DNA of 64,000 nt, from the NCBI GenBank assembly GCA_001772335.1, contig METM01000020.1:17795-81794 (forward strand). The letters run 5' to 3'. The notes under the pieces were generated by a model, which searched no databases, had not been told where the DNA came from, and worked only from the letters and a program-made list of their open reading frames with translations. Each line of letters opens with the position of its first letter. Position 1 is the first letter of the stretch. A program made the translations under genes and the position numbers. Of the stretch, positions 16,643 through 24,858 are shown piece after piece. The DNA is from a candidate division WOR-1 bacterium RIFCSPHIGHO2_01_FULL_53_15 (GTDB lineage Bacteria; Margulisbacteria; WOR-1; O2-12-FULL-45-9; XYB2-FULL-48-7).

Positions 16643-17914
16643 TTAAATTCCCAGATCGGTCGGCGCCCGGCCCAGGGAATAGAGGAGATCGAGCGTCGCC
16701 TTGATCTGCGCTTCGATCGTTTCTTCGGCGTGAGCGCGGCCGGGATAAATTTCGTAGAGCTTTCGGTATTTGAGCGGCGTCACGTTGAGCATGACGGAGT
16801 TCGCGCCGGCCATCAGACCAAGTTTTTGGGCGCTGGGCTCAAGCGTTTCAAAGCCGGTCGTGACGAGTATCCTCGCGTTTTTCGGATCGACCAGCCGGCT
16901 GACGGCGAGGACTTTAAGGACAAGCTCGGTCTTCGGCCCGTACGGCAGGACCGGACCGAACGAATACATCTCGGCGTTCAGCTCTTTGGTCAATAATATG
17001 TCATCCAGCAAGCTTTCGATCGACTGGCCGGGGAGGCCGATCAAGCCACCGGTCAGGACGAGATAGCCAAGAGAATAAGCGTCTCGTATATTTTGAAGAC
17101 GCTCTTCGAGCTTATCGCCGCAGTGAAGATTGGCATAAAGCTTCGGGTCGCTCGTCTCAAACCTCGTCAGAACGCCTCTCGCTCCGGCGTCATAAAATTT
17201 CTGGAGCCCTTCCCTGCCAACCTCCCCAACCGAAATGAAGATCAAAACTGGATATCGCTTCTTGATCTCCTTGATCACCCCTACGACTCGATCCACTTGA
17301 TATTCTTGATCCTCTCCCGACTGGAGGACTAAAGCCTTAAACCCATGCTTCTCTATCGCCTCCCCCGCCGCCTCAACGATCTCCTCCTCGCTCATCCGAT
17401 ACCTCTTTAAGATCGAATTGCTTTTTCGTATACCGCAATAGACGCAGTCGTGCCGGCAGTAGTTGGAAAATTCAATTATGCCGTGGACACAGCAGGAATT
17501 CGAGAGATATTTCTGGCGCAGGAAGTTGGCCGTCTTAAAGAGCTGGTCGAGCTCGGCCGGCTTTTCGGTGGCCAGGAGTTTTAACAGTTCTTCTCTTTTC
17601 AGCTCACGCCCCTCTGCCGCTTTGTCGAGGATTAGCGAAAGATCATTGCCGATCCCGGTCTCCTCTTTCGGGCGGCGCGAGAGGCGCAGATCCGTCTCGC
17701 GCAGTTCAAAGAATGTTTCTTTCCAGAGCTCGAGCGTGGCCAGCGCCTCTGGCTCGGGCACCACCTTGATCACATAGCCCCCCTGGGCGTAGATGAAGTC
17801 GCCGGCCTTTAGCTCCGCGATCTCATTGATCGCCTTCTTCTTTTCGCCAAAGTATTCGACCGTGACGGTCTTGCTGTTTATTTCGACAACCTGGCCGGGG
17901 ATGGCGTAGCACAT
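16643..17914 (-). CDS. Fusion of a HypC/HupF-like N-domain with a HydE-type radical-SAM enzyme
   Basis: Residues 1-70, MCYAIPGQVVEI...GDFIYAQGGYVIKVV, match the HypC signature (Cys2, MC-x-A-[IV]-P). The rest reads GIIEFSNYCRHDCVYCGIRKSN (CX3CX2C) with a BioB/HydE-like TIM barrel of ~350 aa. Confidence 0.7.
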   Translation of the reverse strand: MCYAIPGQVVEINSKTVTVEYFGEKKKAINEIAELKAGDFIYAQGGYVIKVVPEPEALATLELWKETFFELRETDLRLSRRPKEETGIGNDLSLILDKAAEGRELKREELLKLLATEKPAELDQLFKTANFLRQKYLSNSCCVHGIIEFSNYCRHDCVYCGIRKSNSILKRYRMSEEEIVEAAGEAIEKHGFKALVLQSGEDQEYQVDRVVGVIKEIKKRYPVLIFISVGEVGREGLQKFYDAGARGVLTRFETSDPKLYANLHCGDKLEERLQNIRDAYSLGYLVLTGGLIGLPGQSIESLLDDILLTKELNAEMYSFGPVLPYGPKTELVLKVLAVSRLVDPKNARILVTTGFETLEPSAQKLGLMAGANSVMLNVTPLKYRKLYEIYPGRAHAEETIEAQIKATLDLLYSLGRAPTDLGI

Positions 17915-18477
17915 TAGCGAGGCCCCCGGAGCAATTTGAGGAGGGCCGCCACCGGCAGGCCCACGACGTTGTCAAAATCGCCGTCGATCCGCTCGATGAA
18001 TATCGCCTCGATCTCCTGGATGCCATAGCCGCCGGCCTTATCAAGCGGACTGCCGGTCGCGACATAGTCGGCGATCTCTTTTAACTTCAGTTTTTTCATT
18101 TTGACCTTGGTAATTTCATGGTGGGTCAGCGTCTCACCGCTCTTCGTATCGATCACGGCGATACCGGTGATCACCCGGTGGATCCGGCCCGAAAGCGACT
18201 TGAGTATTCGTACCGCATCTTTTTTGTCCCTGGGCTTGCCGATGATCTTTTTGCCAAGCACGACGACAGTATCGGCCCCGATCACGATCGCGTCCTTGTT
18301 TTTGGCCGCCACCGCCTTCGCCTTGGCCACCGCCGCTTTGACGGCGAAGGCATCCGGCGTCTTCGCTTTTATCTTTGTTTCGTCAACCCGGCTCGGCTTA
18401 ACTTCCAGGTTCTGGATGATGTTTTTCAATAACTCGGCCCGCCGGGGAGAAGCCGAAGCCAGAATAACTCTCATCAT
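17914..18477 (-). CDS. maf: Maf-family nucleoside triphosphate pyrophosphatase
   Basis: The protein reads ILASASPRRAELL...GADTVV...GKP, the Maf signature. Confidence 0.8.
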   Translation of the reverse strand: MMRVILASASPRRAELLKNIIQNLEVKPSRVDETKIKAKTPDAFAVKAAVAKAKAVAAKNKDAIVIGADTVVVLGKKIIGKPRDKKDAVRILKSLSGRIHRVITGIAVIDTKSGETLTHHEITKVKMKKLKLKEIADYVATGSPLDKAGGYGIQEIEAIFIERIDGDFDNVVGLPVAALLKLLRGPR

Positions 18478-19439
18478 CCCACCGCCTCGACCAGCCGGAT
18501 CATATCCTCGTATTTATCGGTGCGGTTGACCTGGTCGCGCCAGTGCGCCGCGCCGTGGAATTTTTTCAAGTACCAGATGGCGACTTTCCTCATCAGGCCG
18601 ACCTTATTTCTGATCCGGCTGTATTCATTAATATATTTAAGATGCCTCTTGAGAACGGCTTTTCTTGTTTCAAAGCCGACATCGGGCAGAAGCTTTCCTG
18701 TCTTAAAAAAGTGCTCGATCTCTTTATATATGAAAGGATTACCCAGGCCGCCGCGCGCTACCATAATACCGTCGCAGCCGGTCAGATCGATCATTTTCTT
18801 GGCCAGTTCGGCCGACATCACATTGCCGGAACCGAAGACCGGGATGCCAACGCTCTGTTTGACGACCTTGATGGCGCCGTAATTGACCGCGCTCTGATAG
18901 AGCTGGGCCGCCGTCCGCCCGTGAATGAAAATGGCGGCGGCGCCGGCCGCTTCGCATTTCTTGACGAGCTTTATGAGCGCTTCCTTATCATATTTTTCGA
19001 AGCCGATGCGCAGTTTGACCGTCACCGGCAGTTTGATTGCCTCGCTTAATTTTTTGATGATCTTTGAGAGGATCGACGGTTTTTGCATGAGGTAAGCCCC
19101 GGCTTTTTTCTTGACGACTTTATTAACCGGACAGGCGGCGTTGATGTCGATAAAAGGGACGCTGATCTGTCCCAGTAGCATTTTAGCCCCCTCGACCATG
19201 GCGCCCGGGTCGGCACCGACTAATTGCGCCGCGATCGGCCGGTCCTGCGCGTTCGTCTGGAGCATTGATTTGATCGTCCTCTCCGAGTTGTGCGTCAGCG
19301 AGTTGCAGTCGATCATCTCAAAGAAACAGAGACTGGCCCCTTCCTCGCGCGCGATCAGGCGAAACGGCAAATCGGTACAGCCCGACATGGGGGCCATGAT
19401 GATATTGCTGTCTAATTGATATGAGCCGATGGTGATCAC
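18474..19439 (-). CDS. dusB: tRNA-dihydrouridine synthase
   Basis: It has the Dus TIM-barrel motifs APMSGCTDLPFR and NAACPVNKV. Confidence 0.85.
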   Translation of the reverse strand: MITIGSYQLDSNIIMAPMSGCTDLPFRLIAREEGASLCFFEMIDCNSLTHNSERTIKSMLQTNAQDRPIAAQLVGADPGAMVEGAKMLLGQISVPFIDINAACPVNKVVKKKAGAYLMQKPSILSKIIKKLSEAIKLPVTVKLRIGFEKYDKEALIKLVKKCEAAGAAAIFIHGRTAAQLYQSAVNYGAIKVVKQSVGIPVFGSGNVMSAELAKKMIDLTGCDGIMVARGGLGNPFIYKEIEHFFKTGKLLPDVGFETRKAVLKRHLKYINEYSRIRNKVGLMRKVAIWYLKKFHGAAHWRDQVNRTDKYEDMIRLVEAVG

Positions 19440-19451
19440 GATTGTAGATAG

Positions 19452-20543
19452 TTAAAAATACCCGCTGACGAGGATGTCTTCTTCGAGGCGCTCGACGTGG
19501 GGCTGCTTGAGCCAGATTGCCTCCGACGGCTTAGCGACGCCTTCTCCCTCAACGCAGGTTTTGGCATCTTTGCCGCCGAAGATTTTTGGAGCGATCACAA
19601 AGATCGCCTTGTCAACCAGTCCGGCTTCAAGGAACGAAGCGTTGACCGCCCCGCCCCCCTCGACCATCACGCTCGTGATGCTCAATTTGACAAGTTCTTT
19701 GGCCAGCCGCTTGAGGTCGATCAGGCCGCCCGGCGCGGGCACGGCCAGAATCTCGGCGCCGCGCTTTTTTAAGGCCTCGACACGCCCCTTTGGCGCCTTC
19801 GGGCCGACGACGATGATCGTGCGGATGCCGCGGGAGAGGACCCGGGCGGAGAGCGGCGTTCGGGCAGAAGCGTCAAGGACAAGCCGGATCGGGTCCTTCA
19901 CTTTCTTGACCAGCCGGACATTGAGCCTGGGGTTGTCGATGAGGACGGTGCCGACGCCGACCAGGATCGAATCATAAATATTGCGCAGGTGGTGCGCGAA
20001 GCGGCGCGAGGCCCCGCCCGCCACCCAGCGGCTGGCCCCGGTGCGCGTGGCGATTTTGCCGTCGAGCGTGATCGCCGATTTCATCAGGATAAAAGGAATC
20101 TTTTTTGTAATAAATTTTATAAAGACCTCGTTCAACTGCCTGGCTTCTTCTTCAAGCAGGCCGGGCCTGACCCGGACGCCGGCTTTTTTTAAAATGGCGA
20201 AACCGCGGCCGTTGACCAGCGGATTGGGGTCTTTCATGGCGCAGACGACTTCCCTGATCCCGGCCCTCACGATAAGATTGGCGCAGGGCGGGTTATTGCC
20301 GTAATGCGAGCAGGGCTCCAGGTTGATGTAGAGCGTTGAGCCGTTGGTCTCTTCCCCCGCCTTCTGGATCGCCCAGGCCTCGGCGTGCGGCGTGGCCACC
20401 TCGCCGTGATAGCCCATTGAAATGATCCGCCCACCCTTGACGAGAACGGCGCCGACCATCGGGTCGGGCGTGGTGCGGCCCTCGGCCGACCTGGCCAGGT
20501 TGAGCGCCTCGCGCATGAACTTGACATCGTCTTCATTCCACAT
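19452..20543 (-). CDS. ribD: Bifunctional riboflavin biosynthesis deaminase/reductase RibD
   Basis: The N-terminal CMP/dCMP deaminase zinc motifs are HAEAWAI and PCSHYG. The C-terminal domain is a RibG reductase. Confidence 0.85.
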   Translation of the reverse strand: MWNEDDVKFMREALNLARSAEGRTTPDPMVGAVLVKGGRIISMGYHGEVATPHAEAWAIQKAGEETNGSTLYINLEPCSHYGNNPPCANLIVRAGIREVVCAMKDPNPLVNGRGFAILKKAGVRVRPGLLEEEARQLNEVFIKFITKKIPFILMKSAITLDGKIATRTGASRWVAGGASRRFAHHLRNIYDSILVGVGTVLIDNPRLNVRLVKKVKDPIRLVLDASARTPLSARVLSRGIRTIIVVGPKAPKGRVEALKKRGAEILAVPAPGGLIDLKRLAKELVKLSITSVMVEGGGAVNASFLEAGLVDKAIFVIAPKIFGGKDAKTCVEGEGVAKPSEAIWLKQPHVERLEEDILVSGYF

Positions 20544-20544
20544 T

Positions 20545-21213
20545 TTATTGTCCTTTTAAACCTTTGATGGCTTGCGCGTAATCTTTTGAACTAAAGATCG
20601 CCGAGCCCGCCACCAATATATCGGCGCCGGCTTTGACGGCTTCTTTCGCCGTTTCAAGGTTGATTCCGCCGTCGATTTCGATCTCAGGTGGTTTATAATT
20701 CCCCACACTTAAGTGTGGGGAATTAGTAATTTTATCTTTCAGCTTTCTAACCTTCCCCAGCGCCTCCGGCATGAACTTCTGCCCGGCAAAACCCGGATTG
20801 ACCGACATGACGAGGACCATCGCAACTTTATCCAGAACGTGAAAGATCTTTTCCACGGGGGTGGCCGGATTGACGACTACCCCCGGCTTGACATTATTCT
20901 GCCTGATCAATTCAATGTCTTCGTCCAAACTTTTCGAGGTCTCGGCGTGGATGGTGATGAGATCGGCTCCGGCTTTGGCAAAATCCGGGATATAGCGGTC
21001 TGGGTTCTCGATCATCAGGTGGACGTCGAGCGGCAGTTTTGTCGCCCGGCGGCAGGCCCTGACAACCAGCGGGCCGATCGTGATGTTGGGGACAAAATGG
21101 CCGTCCATGACGTCGATATGGATGAGGTCGGCGCCGGCCGCCTCGACCTTTTTTATCTCGGCCTCAAGATTTCGGAAATCGGCGGACAGGATCGACGGCG
21201 CGACTTTTATCAT
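20545..21213 (-). CDS. rpe: Ribulose-phosphate 3-epimerase
   Basis: The protein has HIDVMDGHFVPNIT, HLMIE, VNPGFAGQKF and EIDGGIN. It contains an in-frame insertion (see the palindrome feature). Confidence 0.85.
   Translation of the reverse strand: MIKVAPSILSADFRNLEAEIKKVEAAGADLIHIDVMDGHFVPNITIGPLVVRACRRATKLPLDVHLMIENPDRYIPDFAKAGADLITIHAETSKSLDEDIELIRQNNVKPGVVVNPATPVEKIFHVLDKVAMVLVMSVNPGFAGQKFMPEALGKVRKLKDKITNSPHLSVGNYKPPEIEIDGGINLETAKEAVKAGADILVAGSAIFSSKDYAQAIKGLKGQ
20697..20724. repeat. 28-bp perfect palindrome AATTCCCCACACTTAAGTGTGGGGAATT inside rpe. It encodes the extra loop NSPHLSVGNY.
   Basis: I read it directly. The sequence is its own reverse complement. Relative to canonical Rpe, the region between KLKDKI and EIDGG is about 7-9 residues longer. 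Confidence 0.8.
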
Positions 21214-21214
21214 G

Positions 21215-21832
21215 TTATTCTCCTGTTTCTTCGGTCATGACCTCGACCGTGGTCGAGACGAGCAAATCAATGTTTGAGCCGGCCGGCGCCTGCTCGCCCG
21301 GCAGGGGCTCCTGGGCGATGACGGTCCCCTCAGCCATCTCCGGATGCTTTTCAAAACGCACCTCGCCCGGCTGGAACTGGGCCGCCTGCAGGAGGGCCCC
21401 GGCCTGCGAGAGCGGCTGGCCGATCAGGTTGGGCGCCGGGATCTTATTTTCTCCGGAGTTGATCATCAGATTGATGACCCGCCCGACCTTGACATGCCGG
21501 CCGGCTTCGGGCCGCTGGGAGACGACAAAGTCCTCCGGGTATTTTGACTGGTAGACATTGCCGGCTTCCCTGCCCCGCAGGTCGACGGCGGCCAGCAGTT
21601 CTATCGCGGTTGGCAGCGGCCGGCCGGTGACATTGGGGACCACGACCTCCGGCAGGGAGTTAAAATAAACCAGGTAGAGATAGCCGACGAAGAGCGGCGA
21701 GGCGACAAAAATAACAAGCACGGCAATGATCAGCCGCGGCGAAGGCAGTTTAAGCCGGAGCACTAACAGGCCGACCAGCAAGCTGATGACGATAATGAAA
21801 CCGAGATAAACGCTCAAATAACCGGTGATCAT
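21215..21832 (-). CDS. Membrane-anchored PASTA-domain protein (two PASTA repeats)
   Basis: N-terminal TM segments are followed by VVPNVTGRPLPTAIELLAAV and IPAPNLIGQPLSQAGALLQ, which are PASTA-like. The start overlaps the kinase stop (TGATG). Confidence 0.6.
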   Translation of the reverse strand: MITGYLSVYLGFIIVISLLVGLLVLRLKLPSPRLIIAVLVIFVASPLFVGYLYLVYFNSLPEVVVPNVTGRPLPTAIELLAAVDLRGREAGNVYQSKYPEDFVVSQRPEAGRHVKVGRVINLMINSGENKIPAPNLIGQPLSQAGALLQAAQFQPGEVRFEKHPEMAEGTVIAQEPLPGEQAPAGSNIDLLVSTTVEVMTEETGE

Positions 21833-22866
21833 CAGTTATTCCCCAGGAAAAACGCGTAGAGGACGCCAATCGCCACGGCGGCCAAAAGGATCGCCGCCAG
21901 AAGGAAATTGCGGTGCTTTTCCTTGCCCCAGCGCAATTTGAGACGTCCGACATCCTGCAGTGATTCGCTCTCGATGGTGATCTCTTCGCCGCCGTATTGC
22001 GTGACAACGCTCTCAAAGACCCTGGCCAATCCCGGCTCGCCGCGGGCGGTTCGCGGGAGCGCCTTCCGCTCCAGGCTCTGCCGGAATTCGGCGGCGGAAG
22101 CAAAGCGCAAAAGCTGGTCTTTGGCGGTCGCTTTGCTGATTATCTCTTTCAGGTAGCCGGGCAAAGCGGCCAGCTCTTCCTTTGAAAAGACGCCGCCCTG
22201 AAGCTTGCCCAGGTTGCCGCTGATGCCGGCCGCGAGGCGGACCGGTTTGCCGGCCGTCATCTCATAAAGGATGATGCCGAGTGAATAGAGATCGGAGGCG
22301 AACGTGGCCGGCTCGCCCGAGAGCTCTTCCGGCGAGGCGTATTTCGCGTTCTCTACGATCTCCTGAATCCGCTGCGGCAGGGCGCTCTTTATCTCCCCCT
22401 CGATCACAAAATCGGCCAGCTTGACCAGCCCCTGGCTGTCGAGAAAAATATTTGACGGCTTGAGCGCCCCGTGGATGATCCCCTTGGCGTGCGTGACGGC
22501 GAGCGTTTCCAGCGCCTGGTCGGCGATGGCAGCGGCTTTCTCCGCGCCGATCTTCTCGCCGCGCTCAAAAAGCTCCTGAACACTCACCCCGTCGATATAT
22601 TCGCGCACGTAATAGAAGCCCTGCCAGCCGTAGTCGCCGTCAAGCAGTTTGGCGGCGCCGTGATGGGCAAGAAGCGCAAAGTCCTTCACCCTCTGCTTCA
22701 TGCTCTTGATCAGAGATGAGTTGAGCGTGCCGCGCTTGTAGATCTTGACGATGACCGGCTTCTCCGTTCCGATCAAGAACCCCATGTAGGTCACGCTGAA
22801 AGGATTTTCCGAGACCTTCTTGCCAATCCGGTAACGGCTTTTCAGGATGTTTTCCACGCTGGAAAA
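21832..22866 (-). CDS. Hanks-type Ser/Thr kinase homolog with degenerate catalytic motifs (a predicted pseudokinase) and a C-terminal TM anchor
   Basis: VIVKIYK (VAIK-like), ASPEELSGEP (APE) and SDLYSLGIILYEM are present. The catalytic loop reads IHGALKPSN (HRD to HGA) and DFG reads DFV. The Gly-rich loop is degenerate. The start is uncertain and may be a GTG. Confidence 0.55.
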   Translation of the reverse strand, partial: FSSVENILKSRYRIGKKVSENPFSVTYMGFLIGTEKPVIVKIYKRGTLNSSLIKSMKQRVKDFALLAHHGAAKLLDGDYGWQGFYYVREYIDGVSVQELFERGEKIGAEKAAAIADQALETLAVTHAKGIIHGALKPSNIFLDSQGLVKLADFVIEGEIKSALPQRIQEIVENAKYASPEELSGEPATFASDLYSLGIILYEMTAGKPVRLAAGISGNLGKLQGGVFSKEELAALPGYLKEIISKATAKDQLLRFASAAEFRQSLERKALPRTARGEPGLARVFESVVTQYGGEEITIESESLQDVGRLKLRWGKEKHRNFLLAAILLAAVAIGVLYAFFLGNN

Positions 22867-24355
22867 ATTATACCACAAAAAAAGAATGAAATTCTTTCGT
22901 GTGGTGGACGAAATATATTCGCCAATGAAAGCCCAAACGATCGGGACAATTAAGACGCCCGCCCTGCCGCTCAGGTTCGATGGTGATGAGATCCTAGCCC
23001 GGGTCGAAAAATACCAGCGCGGCGGCCCTTTGCACGGCCTGGCTGGCCGGGTCGGCGCCTGGTCGCCGGTCTTGCAGGACCTGGTTGCCCCGACCGGGCT
23101 GGCCCATAAGGACTTAAAGATTGAGCTCAAGAACGGCGTCGTCACGAAAACCGACCCTCATACCAGGTTGGTCAAGGAAGACCACATCTTCAATCTACCC
23201 GGTCTCCGCCTCCCCGGCGGCGAAGAGATCGATTCGTTCACCATGTTCGTCGCCCGCGTCTATCACCGCTTCAAGCTCGATTCAAAGCGGCTCCCGGTCG
23301 TCCTCTGCCACGGCGCCTTCACGAACGGCAACAGCTGGCAGGTCGGCACCGAAGGTCGTAACGTCCGCCACCTGCATAAATACGACTCTTTCGCAAATTT
23401 CCTCGCCAGCAAGGGTTTTGACGTCTATATGCTGAACCTCCCCTACGCCAAGCGGATCTACTCGCGGTATGTTCAGTCGGTCTACGGCGTTCCCTACCGG
23501 CCCGACCCGGACATCGGCTTCGACGAATTGCAAGAGTATGTCCCCTCGGTGATCGATTTTGCCCTGGCGACTCACAATGAGACGATGCGGGCGGAAAACG
23601 ACAAGGAAAAAGGGAAGATCAACTGGATCGGGCACTCCCTCGGCGGCATGCTGATGTACGCCTATTTGAGCCGGCAGGATGAGCGGATCAATGCCGTAGC
23701 GGCACTCGGCAGTCCAATCAGTCTTAATGCTCAGATTCTGCGCTGGGCGTCGAATTTCAATCGGCTGATCGAGCGTTTGGGCAAAGAGGAGCGGCGCACG
23801 CAGGAAGCGGCGGCGCAAAAAGAAGCGCTCGGAGCCGGCTTGAGCCCCGCCAAAAGGCTCGCTCTCGCGATCGTCCCTTTGACGGACGGCCTGTATTTCA
23901 CGCCGAGCCTGGCGATCTCAACTGTTGCCAGGTTCGCGCCGCTGATCGACTACATTTACAACCCCGAAAACGCCGACCCGTACATGATCAAGCCGTTCAT
24001 CCTGAGCGCCGCGGAGCCGATCTATGCCCGGCTTTTTGATTTTTTCCTCCATATGGCCCGACGCAATGAATTCGTTTCGGCCACGCCCGGCCTCGACTGC
24101 GATTATATCGAATTGATGGGACAGATTGAGACGCCGTTATTTCTGGGCGCCGGCGAGAAGGACTGGCTGGCCACCGTCGGTTCGATCAAGAACGCGCGGC
24201 GCTTTATCGCCAACCGCCTGCCGGCCAATGAGCGCGACCATCGCTTCCCCATGCAGGTTTTCAAGAACACCGGCCACGCCGACTTGATCAGCGGCCACAA
24301 CGCGCTGACCGAAGTGGCAAGATCCGTGATCGCATTTTTTGACCGGCATGCCTAA
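22847..24355 (+). CDS. Alpha/beta-fold hydrolase (lipase/esterase-like)
   Basis: It has a GHSLGG nucleophile elbow and an HG oxyanion region (VVLCHGAFTN). The true start may be an internal Met near 22886-22925. Confidence 0.55.
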   Translation: MFSTLEKLYHKKRMKFFRVVDEIYSPMKAQTIGTIKTPALPLRFDGDEILARVEKYQRGGPLHGLAGRVGAWSPVLQDLVAPTGLAHKDLKIELKNGVVTKTDPHTRLVKEDHIFNLPGLRLPGGEEIDSFTMFVARVYHRFKLDSKRLPVVLCHGAFTNGNSWQVGTEGRNVRHLHKYDSFANFLASKGFDVYMLNLPYAKRIYSRYVQSVYGVPYRPDPDIGFDELQEYVPSVIDFALATHNETMRAENDKEKGKINWIGHSLGGMLMYAYLSRQDERINAVAALGSPISLNAQILRWASNFNRLIERLGKEERRTQEAAAQKEALGAGLSPAKRLALAIVPLTDGLYFTPSLAISTVARFAPLIDYIYNPENADPYMIKPFILSAAEPIYARLFDFFLHMARRNEFVSATPGLDCDYIELMGQIETPLFLGAGEKDWLATVGSIKNARRFIANRLPANERDHRFPMQVFKNTGHADLISGHNALTEVARSVIAFFDRHA

Positions 24356-24436
24356 AGTGAAATTTCCGGTGAAACTTGACGATAAAGATATGGGAGAGGG
24401 GAATGAAGGCAGAAGAGGGCAGAAGAAGGCAATAAA

Positions 24437-24628
24437 ATGAGCAACGAAAAAACAGACAGAAATAATTACGATATCGCTTCCATCAGCCACCTCGGCCAGG
24501 AAAAACGCACCAATCATGTGCAGAGCGCGCTCCAAATGGATAAGGTCGAGAAGTCGTCCGGCCAGTTCGTTAAGGTTTTCGCCGATATTTTTCTCAAGCA
24601 CGAAGCCGGTAAAAAGAGCTATTTTTAA
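24437..24628 (+). CDS. Hypothetical small protein (63 aa)
   Basis: It has a strong purine-rich RBS (GGGAGAGGGG...GAAGGCAAUAAA-AUG). Its composition is not low-complexity. Confidence 0.35.
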   Translation: MSNEKTDRNNYDIASISHLGQEKRTNHVQSALQMDKVEKSSGQFVKVFADIFLKHEAGKKSYF

Positions 24629-24639
24629 GAGGCAATAAA

Positions 24640-24858
24640 ATGAATACCCGGGATAACGCCAAGGTCATCGAAACCATTGAGCGCTGCACGCTCTTCAATT
24701 ATTTTGAAAAACTGGTCGACGCCCCCACGCGCAAAGTCACTCTCTTTGGGCTCTTCCCTTACACCGCGGCGGCCAACCTGGCCGACCCGCGCCGCTTCTT
24801 CATGCTTGATGACATCGCGCGGCTGACCAGCTTAAACTGCGGCAATCCGAATAATTAG
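24640..24858 (+). CDS. Hypothetical small protein (72 aa)
   Basis: Its initiation context is nearly identical to the preceding ORF (AGAGGCAAUAAA-AUG). Confidence 0.35.
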   Translation: MNTRDNAKVIETIERCTLFNYFEKLVDAPTRKVTLFGLFPYTAAANLADPRRFFMLDDIARLTSLNCGNPNN

